This document shows positions 34,224 through 42,964 of a stretch of DNA of 45,742 nt, piece by piece. Source of the DNA: Candidatus Woesearchaeota archaeon. Lineage in GTDB: Archaea; Nanobdellota; Nanobdellia; Pacearchaeales; GW2011-AR1. Made by a program: the position numbers and the translations under genes. Location: positions 1 to 45,742 of the forward strand of contig CAZHMB010000003.1 of NCBI GenBank assembly GCA_964533515.1. The letters are read 5' to 3'. The notes under the pieces are model-generated. The model was not told the origin of the DNA and searched no databases. It was given only the letters and a program-made list of their open reading frames with translations. Numbering within the stretch: position 1 is the stretch's first letter; every line of letters begins with the position of its first letter.

Positions 34224-34634
34224 TTATAAATTTTGTTGTGTTAAAAGAATTCCATCCACTTCCTCAAGAACATTTGCAAAAAACCCGCTGTTCTTCTGAG
34301 CATTCAACTTTGACACCACTTCCGAAACATCCTTTCCAGTAATCAAAGAAACTCTTTTACTGCCCCCCCCTTCAAGAGGCCTATAATGAGGAAAAGAAAG
34401 AAGCCCTTCCCCCGACCCATCAGAACAAAAACTTGCTAAAGAATACCCTGAAACCCCCCTTGATTCCCAAACAAGTTTTCCAATATCTTCCAAAAAAGCG
34501 ACGGGATAAACATGTGAAAGGAAATTATCCTCGTTTCCTATAAAATGATGACCATAAAAATATTCTTGATTCTCACTATCTTCAAAACATACTCGTCTAC
34601 CCATACCCATATTTCCTTTTTCCCCATCTATCAT
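34224..34634 (-). CDS. Orphan protein (136 aa)
   Basis: Clean ORF. It contains an in-frame G8 run (34363..34370) encoding GGG. No family recognised. Confidence 0.55.
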   Translation of the reverse strand: MIDGEKGNMGMGRRVCFEDSENQEYFYGHHFIGNEDNFLSHVYPVAFLEDIGKLVWESRGVSGYSLASFCSDGSGEGLLSFPHYRPLEGGGSKRVSLITGKDVSEVVSKLNAQKNSGFFANVLEEVDGILLTQQNL

Positions 34635-34798
34635 AAAATTTCATCAGTTACTCAATTTAAAAACCTTTCTTATTACCATTTTAGAATAACTAAAGTTATT
34701 TCCATATAAAAAAAATAATTTTAAAATATAGCCTCGAGGACAGAAGTATTTAAAAACCCTACAAATCTTTTTGGAGCAACAAAAAAACGAGGTAAAAA

Positions 34799-34897
34799 AT
34801 GTCAAAAACAGAAAGCTTCGACGAAGCTTCCAAAAACCCCGAAGAGATTGAAGACAACTTTGATAAAGAGCTTGATCAATTAGATCTTGATGATTAG
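34799..34897 (+). CDS. Unlisted 32-aa acidic micro-ORF (speculative)
   Basis: GAGGT lies 8 nt upstream. Translation: MSKTESFDEASKNPEEIEDNFDKELDQLDLDD*. It contains the near-tandem GAAAGCTTCGACGAAGCTTCC. Confidence 0.2.
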   Translation: MSKTESFDEASKNPEEIEDNFDKELDQLDLDD

Positions 34898-34956
34898 TTA
34901 TCTTAAAAATCCAAAAACTTTTTCTTTTATTTTATTTTTTATTCACAAAAAAACGA

Positions 34957-35871
34957 TTACTGCAAACCAAGAATTATTTTATTATTTAACTTATCCATTT
35001 CACCAAAATTATTTTCTATCTCCAAAGAAACTTCATCAGGATTAATCTCTCTGATGGCTATGCCTCCAAGCTTAACGACAACTCCTGCCCCAGGTTCAAT
35101 TTCCTCTAAGTCATAAGTTTTAACATCTCTGCCTTCAACATATACAACTACCTCAGAATCCTCCGAAATTATCAAACCCCGATTAACCACACTAAAATTA
35201 ACATCTAAAAACCGCCCTTTTATTTGAGCAGAGACACCCTCAAATGCCAAATCGGGTTTTGCTTCTATAGAATATAACTCATTAATTAAATTTGGGATCT
35301 CATCCCCAATTTCCTGTCCACATTCATAAATCGGATACATAATATTATTGGGATTTTCTGAATGCCCAAAGCCCAAGGTATGCAACAACTCATGCACTTC
35401 AACATTTGGTTGCGGACAATCAGAAACCCTTATCAATAAAATTTTACCCTCAAGAATAAGATTATAATCCCCCGTTTCAATAATCTTTGAAGGTCCGCCT
35501 TCACCTGCAACAAATAAATCCCCATTCATAACGTTCCCACTCTCGCAAGTAATATAAAGTTCCTCTCCAGATTCAACGGAAACATATTCCAAAATGGTCA
35601 AATCCTCAATTATTCTCAACGCCCGTTCCATATCATTCATTTGCTGGAGCGGACAATCATGAATCCTATAACTAATCTCATTTGAAGGATACCTCATATT
35701 TTCATAAAACTGAAATTCTCCACTTCCATTAACCCCTGAAGATAGAGAAAAATTGCCATCATTTTTTTCATGTTTAAATTCAACCCCAGAAAAAGGATAA
35801 AACCAATAAATACTGAGTAAAACTAAGACAAGTAAAAAAAATACAAAACCCAAAAGTTTGCTTATCCACAT
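34957..35871 (-). CDS. Membrane-anchored metzincin zinc protease with C-terminal CARDB-like domain
   Basis: N-terminal anchor GFVFFLLVLVLLSIYWF, zinc site HELLHTLGFGH (HExxHxxGxxH), followed by NNIMYP (Met-turn). The C-terminus is beta-rich. Confidence 0.85.
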   Translation of the reverse strand: MWISKLLGFVFFLLVLVLLSIYWFYPFSGVEFKHEKNDGNFSLSSGVNGSGEFQFYENMRYPSNEISYRIHDCPLQQMNDMERALRIIEDLTILEYVSVESGEELYITCESGNVMNGDLFVAGEGGPSKIIETGDYNLILEGKILLIRVSDCPQPNVEVHELLHTLGFGHSENPNNIMYPIYECGQEIGDEIPNLINELYSIEAKPDLAFEGVSAQIKGRFLDVNFSVVNRGLIISEDSEVVVYVEGRDVKTYDLEEIEPGAGVVVKLGGIAIREINPDEVSLEIENNFGEMDKLNNKIILGLQ

Positions 35872-35961
35872 ATCTCTAGAACTTAAAATAAGTTATTAAA
35901 GTTTTCTAAAACCAACAATAGGAAAAATAAAAATAAAAAAGAAAGAGATAAATAAATAAAT

Positions 35962-36180
35962 TTATTCTGCGTCTGCTTCTGGCTCTGCTGCAACTTCTTC
36001 TGTTTTCTCTTCGTCAACAACAGGAGCGTCTTCAGCAACAACGTCTTCAGCAGCATCTTCTGCAGGCTCTGCAGCATCATCTGTAGTCTCAGCAGCTTCT
36101 TCCGCTTCTGGAGCGGCTTCAGTAGCTTCTTCAGCAGGTGCTTCCGGAGCAGCTTCTTGAACTTGTTCGTTTTCGTCCAT
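35962..36180 (-). CDS. Extremely acidic Ala/Glu/Pro/Asp-rich 72-aa protein (no basic residues except one K)
   Basis: MDENEQVQEAAPEAPAEEATEAAPEAEEAAETTDDAAEPAEDAAEDVVAEDAPVVDEEKTEEVAAEPEADAE. The listed antisense ORF 35883..36293 is its K/L-rich shadow. Confidence 0.5.
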   Translation of the reverse strand: MDENEQVQEAAPEAPAEEATEAAPEAEEAAETTDDAAEPAEDAAEDVVAEDAPVVDEEKTEEVAAEPEADAE

Positions 36181-36327
36181 TTTAAAAAATATACCTCATT
36201 TAATTCTAGATATCCAAACTCAGCTGTTTTATAAAGTTTTTGTATTTTTTTGGAGTGGAAAAATTCAATAACAAAATAACTACTCCACAACACAAAACTT
36301 TAAAATACCTAAAATACAAGAATAAAT

Positions 36328-36972
36328 ATGGTGATAAAAATAATGAAAAACTTTTTTTCAAGAATATTCTCAAACTTATTTAAAAATAATCGTGAAATAA
36401 AACTCGGTTTCTACGGCCCCCCAAATGCCGGAAAGACAAGCTTAGCAAACCATATTTGCAAAGATTTCACCGGAGAAGAAATGGGAAGTGTGAGCAAAAT
36501 CCCACACGAAACGAGAAATGTACAGTTCAAAGAAAAAGTTGAGATTGAATACAAAGGGAAAACCCTAATGTTCAAAATGGTTGACACACCGGGAATTGCA
36601 ACAAAAATAGATTACGAAGAATTCTTAAAATACAAAGTAAAAAAGAAGGAAGCTAAAAAGAGGGCCAAAGAGGCAACGCAAGGAGTAGTCGAGAGTATAA
36701 AATGGCTAGAGGACATGGATTTAGTTGTTGTGGTTCTTGATGCAACAGAAAATCCTTACAACCAGGTTAATATAACAATAATCGGAAATCTGCAAGCAAG
36801 AAAAATCCCTGTTTTAATTATAGCAAACAAAATTGACTTAAAAAAAGCAGACATAAAGAAAATAGAGTCAGCATTCCCAGAGTATGACACAATTGGAATA
36901 AGTGCAAAGACTGGAAAAAATTTAGAAGAGTTCTACGAATCAGTTTTTAAACTTTCAAAAAAGATAAGATAA
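36328..36972 (+). CDS. Small P-loop GTPase
   Basis: G1 GPPNAGKTS, G3 DTPG, G4 NKID, G5 SAK. Confidence 0.85.
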   Translation: MVIKIMKNFFSRIFSNLFKNNREIKLGFYGPPNAGKTSLANHICKDFTGEEMGSVSKIPHETRNVQFKEKVEIEYKGKTLMFKMVDTPGIATKIDYEEFLKYKVKKKEAKKRAKEATQGVVESIKWLEDMDLVVVVLDATENPYNQVNITIIGNLQARKIPVLIIANKIDLKKADIKKIESAFPEYDTIGISAKTGKNLEEFYESVFKLSKKIR

Positions 36973-37016
36973 AAAACATTAAAAACCCCTAAATATTATA
37001 AATAAAAAAGAGGAAG

Positions 37017-37433
37017 ATGGTAAAAAAGATAAATTCAAAAAAGAAGCTAGGTAAGCTAAAAGGATTTTCTATCCAGTTCATGCCTTATTATGAAATTCGG
37101 GAGTTGGGTAGCAACGACAGAATAAGAAAAGTCTTGGAAATAGTTCTAGGAAATAATATTTTAATTCTTCAGGGAAAACTTCAACCAGAAGAAGAAACGA
37201 GATTGATCGGGGATACGATGGCAATGATTGGCCATGTGAAAAGCTTCAAAGGAATTGAACTAGCAGTTATTGATAATTCAAAAAAAGAAACCTTTATTGA
37301 AAGAGTTAAAAAATCCGTTCTAGATACCTTGGCTGGAGGAGATCTCGGAGCAGTTACAATTATCGGCCCAGCAAGCATCATTAAAGAGATAAAGCGAAAT
37401 CCAAAGAAAATTGAACTTATGTTGAAAGGATAA
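37017..37433 (+). CDS. Conserved archaeal protein usually paired with this GTPase (DUF2073-like, from memory)
   Basis: Co-oriented, 44 nt after the GTPase gene. The family assignment is recalled, not searched. Confidence 0.5.
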   Translation: MVKKINSKKKLGKLKGFSIQFMPYYEIRELGSNDRIRKVLEIVLGNNILILQGKLQPEEETRLIGDTMAMIGHVKSFKGIELAVIDNSKKETFIERVKKSVLDTLAGGDLGAVTIIGPASIIKEIKRNPKKIELMLKG

Positions 37434-37434
37434 G

Positions 37435-38028
37435 TTACTCTTTAACTTGTAATAATTTATTTTGTTGATAAAACATTTCTATACTATCTGGAATTCCTTG
37501 AAGATTATTTTGTAACCACCAGGGAGGATTTTTATCAAAATCTCTTTCTCTTCCTTTATATTTAATTTTCCCTCTATAAATCATTCTCGGAAGATGAAAA
37601 GGAACTCTATGTGGCCCGAGTAAATCCCCATTTTTTTCAGGCTGAACATGAAGCAATCCCTTTCTTGCCCGAAAATTTAATCCCAAATCCAAAACAACAG
37701 CCCTTCTAATAGCAACATCATGAATGTGATTATTTGGTGTTTCTTGAACATCATAACTTAGTGCCGCATCAACATTAGAAGGCGCCGTATCAAAAATATC
37801 ATCAAATTCGATTAACCAACGAAGGGTTTTTCTATCAGATTGTAAAAAACAAGTATATGCTCTTTGATAAACTTGTAACGCATCAGATCTTTCAATAACC
37901 TCTCCTCCCCATTGCCAAGCAATTTTCCAATTTCCTTCTCCAAACTCATTATTCCATTGTGAGAAAAGCCCATCTCTGCTCTGACCAAAATATCCTGGCC
38001 TATCAATCGCTCTCCATTCCATCAACAA
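37435..38028 (-). CDS. Orphan Trp/Arg-rich protein (197 aa)
   Basis: Clean ORF (EWRAIDRPGYFGQSRDGLFSQWNNEFGEGNWKIAWQWGG...). No family recognised. Confidence 0.6.
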   Translation of the reverse strand: MLMEWRAIDRPGYFGQSRDGLFSQWNNEFGEGNWKIAWQWGGEVIERSDALQVYQRAYTCFLQSDRKTLRWLIEFDDIFDTAPSNVDAALSYDVQETPNNHIHDVAIRRAVVLDLGLNFRARKGLLHVQPEKNGDLLGPHRVPFHLPRMIYRGKIKYKGRERDFDKNPPWWLQNNLQGIPDSIEMFYQQNKLLQVKE

Positions 38029-38075
38029 GAATAAGAAAAAGACTTTTTAATTATTTATATCCTAAAATTCAACTT

Positions 38076-38456
38076 TCATTCCTCTTTCTTAGGAAGCACT
38101 AACGAAGTCAGGTCGATGATATATTTTCCTTCTTCCATTTTATATATTAAAGGTCGATTTTTGCTAAACAAATTTGCAAGATCAATTTCATATCTTCCAC
38201 TTCCAGTTGCCCTTATAGATTCGAGATCCAAGATAACGGGAGCATCCTCTTTCTCGATGCCAGCCATCTCACGGATATCCATTTCAACTTGCTTCTTATC
38301 TTCTACTTCAAGTTCAACAGGCTCTTTCTTAACTTGCTCAAGTTGCTCATCCCTAATATAAAAGAAAAAATGGCCCTGGCAATCTTTACACCCTTCGATT
38401 AATTCCCTACTTCCAGCAGGAATAATTCTTTTACAATGTACACATTGGTGTGGCAT
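38076..38456 (-). CDS. Zn-ribbon protein (DUF2072-like, from memory)
   Basis: MPHQCVHCKRIIPAGSRELIEGCKDCQGHFFFY gives CxxC...CxxC at the N-terminus. Confidence 0.6.
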   Translation of the reverse strand: MPHQCVHCKRIIPAGSRELIEGCKDCQGHFFFYIRDEQLEQVKKEPVELEVEDKKQVEMDIREMAGIEKEDAPVILDLESIRATGSGRYEIDLANLFSKNRPLIYKMEEGKYIIDLTSLVLPKKEE

Positions 38457-38532
38457 GCGAGACTAAAGAAAACACCATTAATAAATTTAATGGAATAGTT
38501 AAAATTATAAATCCCCTACTCCATAATAAACC

Positions 38533-39834
38533 ATGACCAAAACAACTGAAAAAATATACAAAGAAATTCTAAAAGAGATAACCCCAAACAAAGAGGCCCA
38601 AGAAAAGATAGCTTTCATATTAAAGGATTTCCAAAGAAAATTAAAAAACCAAATCTCAAAATTGAATATTGAAGCTGAAATTTTTATTGGGGGAAGCTAT
38701 GCTAAGAAAACTTTAATACAAAAAGAGAAATATGATGTGGATATTTTTATAAGATTTAATGAAAAATATCCCAATCAAGAAATCTCAAAATTAACAAAAA
38801 ATATCTTAACAAACTTAAAACCCAAACCAAACCTAAGAATTTTGCACGGCTCAAGAGATTACTTCCAAATATCAGCAACAAAAAATATAGAATTAGAAAT
38901 ATTACCTGTGAAAAAATCCCCTTCTCCAGAAAAAGCTGAAAATATAACAGACCTCTCATACAGCCATGTAAGTTATGTAAATAAAAAAGCAAAAGCAAAA
39001 AGAGTTTTAGATGAAATAAAAATCTCAAAAGCCTTCACTCACGCCTGCAATTGCTACGGTGCCGAATCATACATCCAAGGTTTTTCAGGATATGCTCTGG
39101 AACTTTTAATTTTGCATTATAAATCCTTTGAAAAATTTCTTAGAGAAACAATAAAAGTAAAAACAGGGAAACAATTAATAATTGATATTGAAAAACAATT
39201 CAAAAGACCTTCAGAAGTTTTGCTCGAATTAAACTCTTCAAAACTTCAATCCCCAATAATCTTGGTTGATCCTACTTACAAGAAAAGAAATGTCCTTGCT
39301 GCCCTCTCCCAAGAAACTTTTGAAAAATTCCAGACCCACGCAAGAAATTTCTTAAAAAAACCCTCTATAAATTTCTTCCACAAAACACAAATAAATTTAG
39401 AAAAAGAAAAAACCAAAGCAGAAAAAAACAAAAACCAATTCCTTATTCTTGAAATCCAAACAGCCAAACAACCGGGAGACATAGCAGGAACAAAACTTTT
39501 GAAATTTTACAAACATTTGAACCAAGAAATTTCAAAAGTTTTTGACATTAAAAATTCCGGATTTCTTTACAACGAAAAACAATCTGCAAGAATATTCCTT
39601 TCTGTCAAACCAAAAAAGCAAATTGTTTTCCAAGGCCCAAATTTGAAAGAAAAACACCACGTCAAAAAATTTAAGAAAATTCATAAAAAGACTTTAATAA
39701 AGAACAACACAATTTACGCAAAAGAAATTCCAATTCAAAGTTTAAAGGAATTTCTAAACGTTTGGACAAAAAACAAAGCCAACAAAAGAAAAATTCGAGA
39801 AATGTATGTCAAAAATTTTAAGATTGTTGAATAA
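38533..39834 (+). CDS. cca: Archaeal class I CCA-adding tRNA nucleotidyltransferase
   Basis: The GGSYAKKTLIQKEKYDVDIFIRF catalytic motif (GS...DxD), a length of 433 aa and the tail-domain layout all fit. Confidence 0.88.
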   Translation: MTKTTEKIYKEILKEITPNKEAQEKIAFILKDFQRKLKNQISKLNIEAEIFIGGSYAKKTLIQKEKYDVDIFIRFNEKYPNQEISKLTKNILTNLKPKPNLRILHGSRDYFQISATKNIELEILPVKKSPSPEKAENITDLSYSHVSYVNKKAKAKRVLDEIKISKAFTHACNCYGAESYIQGFSGYALELLILHYKSFEKFLRETIKVKTGKQLIIDIEKQFKRPSEVLLELNSSKLQSPIILVDPTYKKRNVLAALSQETFEKFQTHARNFLKKPSINFFHKTQINLEKEKTKAEKNKNQFLILEIQTAKQPGDIAGTKLLKFYKHLNQEISKVFDIKNSGFLYNEKQSARIFLSVKPKKQIVFQGPNLKEKHHVKKFKKIHKKTLIKNNTIYAKEIPIQSLKEFLNVWTKNKANKRKIREMYVKNFKIVE

Positions 39835-39836
39835 AG

Positions 39837-40052
39837 TTATTTATCGCTCCTTCTAAATGTAATTTTTTTAGGAATCACCCCAAGTTTAGAGCCATGTTCA
39901 TGAGTTAAAAAATAAACTTGCATAATACGTCTTCGATCTTCCTTTAAATCCCCTGTTGTTCTTTTACGCAACACCCCAGGAAGTTCCCCCCCATCTGCAT
40001 AGGGCTGATAATCATGTCTTTCTTCAGACCCCGATGAATCACTTTCACCCAT
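39837..40052 (-). CDS. Operon gene 9: 71-aa charged orphan protein
   Basis: The ATG lies 2 nt after the TrmB stop, with GGGGAGG inside the last TrmB codons. Translation begins MGESDSSGSEERHDYQPYADGGELPGVLRKRTTGDLKEDRRR... Confidence 0.5.
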   Translation of the reverse strand: MGESDSSGSEERHDYQPYADGGELPGVLRKRTTGDLKEDRRRIMQVYFLTHEHGSKLGVIPKKITFRRSDK

Positions 40053-40054
40053 CC

Positions 40055-40879
40055 TTATTTCCTCCCCTTTACCTTTTTATCTTTTTTGGCTTTCTCAGCA
40101 TCTGCAACTTTCATTGCTCCTTCAAACATGTCGGCAAAAGCTGTCGAGAAAAAATCTGAATTCAACCAAACAGCAATATCATCGTTGTCCGCGTCTTTCG
40201 CTAAGTAGAATAAAATTTCCCTTCGATCTATGATAAAAAACTTTGCTTTGATTTCTGTTTTCTTCGCTTTAACTCCAAGTCTCTCGCCTATTCTTTGAAC
40301 CATTTCTTCCTCGCCATTAAGGACAACAACAACTTTCATTCCCGCTTTTTGCAATCTGTCAATTGTTTCTTTAAACAAACTTACTCTTCGATTTATGTCC
40401 TCAACGTGCGTACAGATTATAACTTCCTTTTGCGCATTTTCCAAAATTTCTCTAAGATAATGCGAAATGTTCGACTTTCCTTTCAGCGAAGCTGAAACAT
40501 CTTCTCTCTTCACAGGCTCAATTCCACCCTTATACAATTTATCAAGTTGAACAAACTCATCAGACTCTTTAATCTTCGAAAGTCTCTCAACTCTATCATG
40601 CGCATCCTTCTGAGCATTCCGTTTCATCTTCTCAATTATTGTCTCAGGTTTAAGTCCAAGATATTTCACTGGCTTACCAAGTTTGATTATTGCAAATCCT
40701 CTTTTCTCAAGAGATTCAAGAACATCATAAGTTCTAGACCTCGGAACTCCAGAAATGCTCGCAACCTCACCAGCTGATGCAACTCCTTTAGACAATAAAG
40801 CTAACCAAACCTTCGTCTCATAAATATTAAGATTGAAATAATCTTTTACTCTTTCAATTAATTCTTTTTGTACTATCAT
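40055..40879 (-). CDS. Operon gene 8: TrmB-family transcriptional regulator
   Basis: YETKVWLALLSKGVASAGEVASISGVPRSRTYDVLESLEKRGF is the TrmB wHTH. ATGA overlap with gene 7. Confidence 0.8.
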   Translation of the reverse strand: MIVQKELIERVKDYFNLNIYETKVWLALLSKGVASAGEVASISGVPRSRTYDVLESLEKRGFAIIKLGKPVKYLGLKPETIIEKMKRNAQKDAHDRVERLSKIKESDEFVQLDKLYKGGIEPVKREDVSASLKGKSNISHYLREILENAQKEVIICTHVEDINRRVSLFKETIDRLQKAGMKVVVVLNGEEEMVQRIGERLGVKAKKTEIKAKFFIIDRREILFYLAKDADNDDIAVWLNSDFFSTAFADMFEGAMKVADAEKAKKDKKVKGRK

Positions 40880-41187
40880 TGTGTTGCTCCTTCAGCTTTT
40901 AACTTTCTTAATCGTTTTTCCTTTTTCATCCTTTCTGAAATTCTCTTATTAACTTGGTAAGCCATAATAGCAGCAACAGGAATAGCTACAGCATACCCCA
41001 ATACTGTAAAAAGGGCACTAGTCATCTCCCGAGAAGTAATTTCCTTTGTTCTTTCCCAATCATGTCTTAACACTTCCGCCTGACCATACTCTTTAACATT
41101 TCTTATCCCATCTCGAAAATCATAAGGATATTTATACATTGTAATTCTTTTTCTCCCAACATCTTGTCTTCCTTCTTTTTCTGTCAT
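40876..41187 (-). CDS. Operon gene 7: 103-aa protein with C-terminal-half TM helix and basic tail
   Basis: MTEKEGRQ...; TM helix ALFTVLGYAVAIPVAAIMAY; tail KKEKRLRKLK. Confidence 0.55.
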   Translation of the reverse strand: MTEKEGRQDVGRKRITMYKYPYDFRDGIRNVKEYGQAEVLRHDWERTKEITSREMTSALFTVLGYAVAIPVAAIMAYQVNKRISERMKKEKRLRKLKAEGATQ

Positions 41188-41188
41188 T

Positions 41189-41404
41189 TTAATCTCGACC
41201 CCCCATTTCTATGACACTATCTCCTTCATAAACAACATCTCCAGAAGGTTTTGCATAAAATTCTGAAGTTAAAAAAGAGACAACTTTCCCGGTTTTAATA
41301 TCCCTGAAATCAGTTCTATTTTTATTTGTAGTAGGTCCTCTTAAAAAATATTCTTTCCCCCCCATTCTAGGGCAGCTTATCCTTATTCCTTCTTCTCCCG
41401 TCAT
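41189..41404 (-). CDS. Operon gene 6: 71-aa soluble beta-rich orphan
   Basis: MTGEEGIRISCPRMGGKEYFLRGPTTNKNRTDFRDIKTGKVVSF...EMGGRD*. It has the standard junction on both sides. Confidence 0.5.
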   Translation of the reverse strand: MTGEEGIRISCPRMGGKEYFLRGPTTNKNRTDFRDIKTGKVVSFLTSEFYAKPSGDVVYEGDSVIEMGGRD

Positions 41405-41405
41405 T

Positions 41406-41935
41406 TTATTTCTGACCCCCAGTAATAATTAATCCATATTTCTCTTTTACTTCTCTTTGATCAAGATTTAACTCAGAAGTTAGATATCTTAATTTTGCTG
41501 CAGTGCTAGCTTGCAAATTTTCTTGCTCTTTCACAGATCTACGATTTAATCTTGCTAATTCTGCTTCTGCTGCGGATAAAGCAAGAACGAAATCTCCCTC
41601 TAAACCCCTAAGACGCCTTCCATTAATATCATAAACTGCCGGAACTGGATTTGAAACAAAATAATTAGTAGCCCCACCATTAGTTACAACTTTGAACTCA
41701 TTAGTTCCATCTCCATCTCGATCCACTCCAGAGATATACTTTGCTCTCGCGCTGGCTTTTCCCTCACTCTTTCCAACCTCAAGACCTTGATCATACCCAT
41801 GATTAATCATAGCTGTTAGCCCTGCCCCCCCCCCCCCAATATTACTAAACCCCCAAGAACACCGGTCACAATCCGACTAGCGATTCCTGAGGCATTGTTT
41901 CTCCCATCTAATACTTGTGAAGCTTTATTTCTCAT
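41406..41935 (-). pseudogene. Operon gene 5: TM-anchored DxDxDG paralog split by a G13 tract (intact 176 aa if G14)
   Basis: The 5' fragment 41816..41935 reads MRNKASQVLDGRNNASGIASRIVTGVLGGLVILGGGGQG*. The 3' fragment 41406..41810 is in the other frame. One extra G yields ...VILGGGGAGLTAMINHGY... The core motif is GVDRDGDGTNEFKVVTNGGATNYFV. Confidence 0.6.
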
Positions 41936-41936
41936 T

Positions 41937-42296
41937 TTATTTTAACCCCATTGTCTGTTTTCTTGATCCGTCTATTCCCTCTGGATTTATAAGAGTATAT
42001 CTTGGAGAATTGTCTTGTTCACGCGAGCAGGTTAAACCTTCTCCCAAATAGTTTGTTCCTGAAAATAAATAAGAATTTGTTTCTCCTTCTCTTACGACAA
42101 CATATTCTGTTCCTGCACCTCTGCTCATCTGAACATTTCTCAAAAATACTTGTTCTGCTTTTTCTCCTTCAGATCTAACTCCAGCCCCAGATTCTCTAGG
42201 ACTTTTAAAATGGGATATGCCAAACAGAGTAGCCACCATAGCCAATGCGAATATTGTATTATTTCTTGATATCTTTCTTTCATTTTCTTTTGTCAT
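41937..42296 (-). CDS. Operon gene 4: 119-aa TM-anchored paralog (degenerate loop)
   Basis: Internal ATG at 42296 with the standard junction. MTKENERKISRNNTIFALAMVATLFGISHF..., then SRGAGTEYVVVREGETNSYLF. Confidence 0.6.
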   Translation of the reverse strand: MTKENERKISRNNTIFALAMVATLFGISHFKSPRESGAGVRSEGEKAEQVFLRNVQMSRGAGTEYVVVREGETNSYLFSGTNYLGEGLTCSREQDNSPRYTLINPEGIDGSRKQTMGLK

Positions 42297-42297
42297 T

Positions 42298-42471
42298 TTA
42301 TTCTCGACCCCCTTTAACTTTTCCAACACTTGCATCAGCACCAAGATATCTCTCTAAAGTATCATCAGAACCCGTATCTCCAACAGTTCTTTCACCTGCA
42401 CAATCATATTCCGTTTTACCTACAGCTTTTCTTATTCCTTCCACTATTTCCTTAGATTTATCTTTATCCAT
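42298..42471 (-). CDS. Operon gene 3: unlisted 57-aa soluble orphan
   Basis: Hand translation: MDKDKSKEIVEGIRKAVGKTEYDCAGERTVGDTGSDDTLERYLGADASVGKVKGGRE*. It fills the gap between genes 2 and 4 exactly. Confidence 0.5.
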   Translation of the reverse strand: MDKDKSKEIVEGIRKAVGKTEYDCAGERTVGDTGSDDTLERYLGADASVGKVKGGRE

Positions 42472-42480
42472 TTAAAATCC

Positions 42481-42963
42481 TTAATGACTAAAAAGCTCCT
42501 CAGCTCTTCCTCTAGCTTTTTCATATTTAATTGCTGAACCAGATTTATTCCCTACTGATTGACCTTCCAATCTCGCCACATCATTAGAACGAGCTTCGCC
42601 TAAAGGCAAATATTCTCTCTGGTCAGGAACCAGCTGTCCCCACGTCAAATCTGCAACAGATCTTTCTCCCCTATAAACAAAAGTCTTCACATCACCGTTT
42701 CCTTGTAAAAAAGATACATCATTTGTTCCATCTTGATCAACATCGTATAATCCAAAATCTACAACTCTAGAACCTTCGGTTCCGTCCTTAAACCCTTTTC
42801 TATAACTCTTCCTACTATTGTTTTCTCCTATTGCAATAGTAAACAAACAACTAATTAATCCAATTGCAGCCGTAAGAACACTAATTCCCTTCTGTCTTCT
42901 AAGAAGAGATGCTGTTGGCGCTTCTTCTCCTTTCACTGTTTTTTCAGGTTTATCTTGTGTCAT
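42481..42963 (-). CDS. Operon gene 2: 160-aa TM-anchored DxDxDG paralog with prepilin-like N-terminus
   Basis: Internal ATG at 42963 with the standard junction. LLRRQKG-ISVLTAAIGLISCLFTIAIG, then YDVDQDGTNDVSFLQGNGDVKTFVY. Confidence 0.6.
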   Translation of the reverse strand: MTQDKPEKTVKGEEAPTASLLRRQKGISVLTAAIGLISCLFTIAIGENNSRKSYRKGFKDGTEGSRVVDFGLYDVDQDGTNDVSFLQGNGDVKTFVYRGERSVADLTWGQLVPDQREYLPLGEARSNDVARLEGQSVGNKSGSAIKYEKARGRAEELFSH

Positions 42964-42964
42964 T

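Noticed and set aside
35883-36293. Listed 136-aa minus-strand ORF rich in K/L (LLKKLLKPLQKRKKLL...)
   Set aside because: It is the out-of-frame shadow of the GC-rich acidic repeat gene at 35962..36180. It is low-complexity and has no independent start context.
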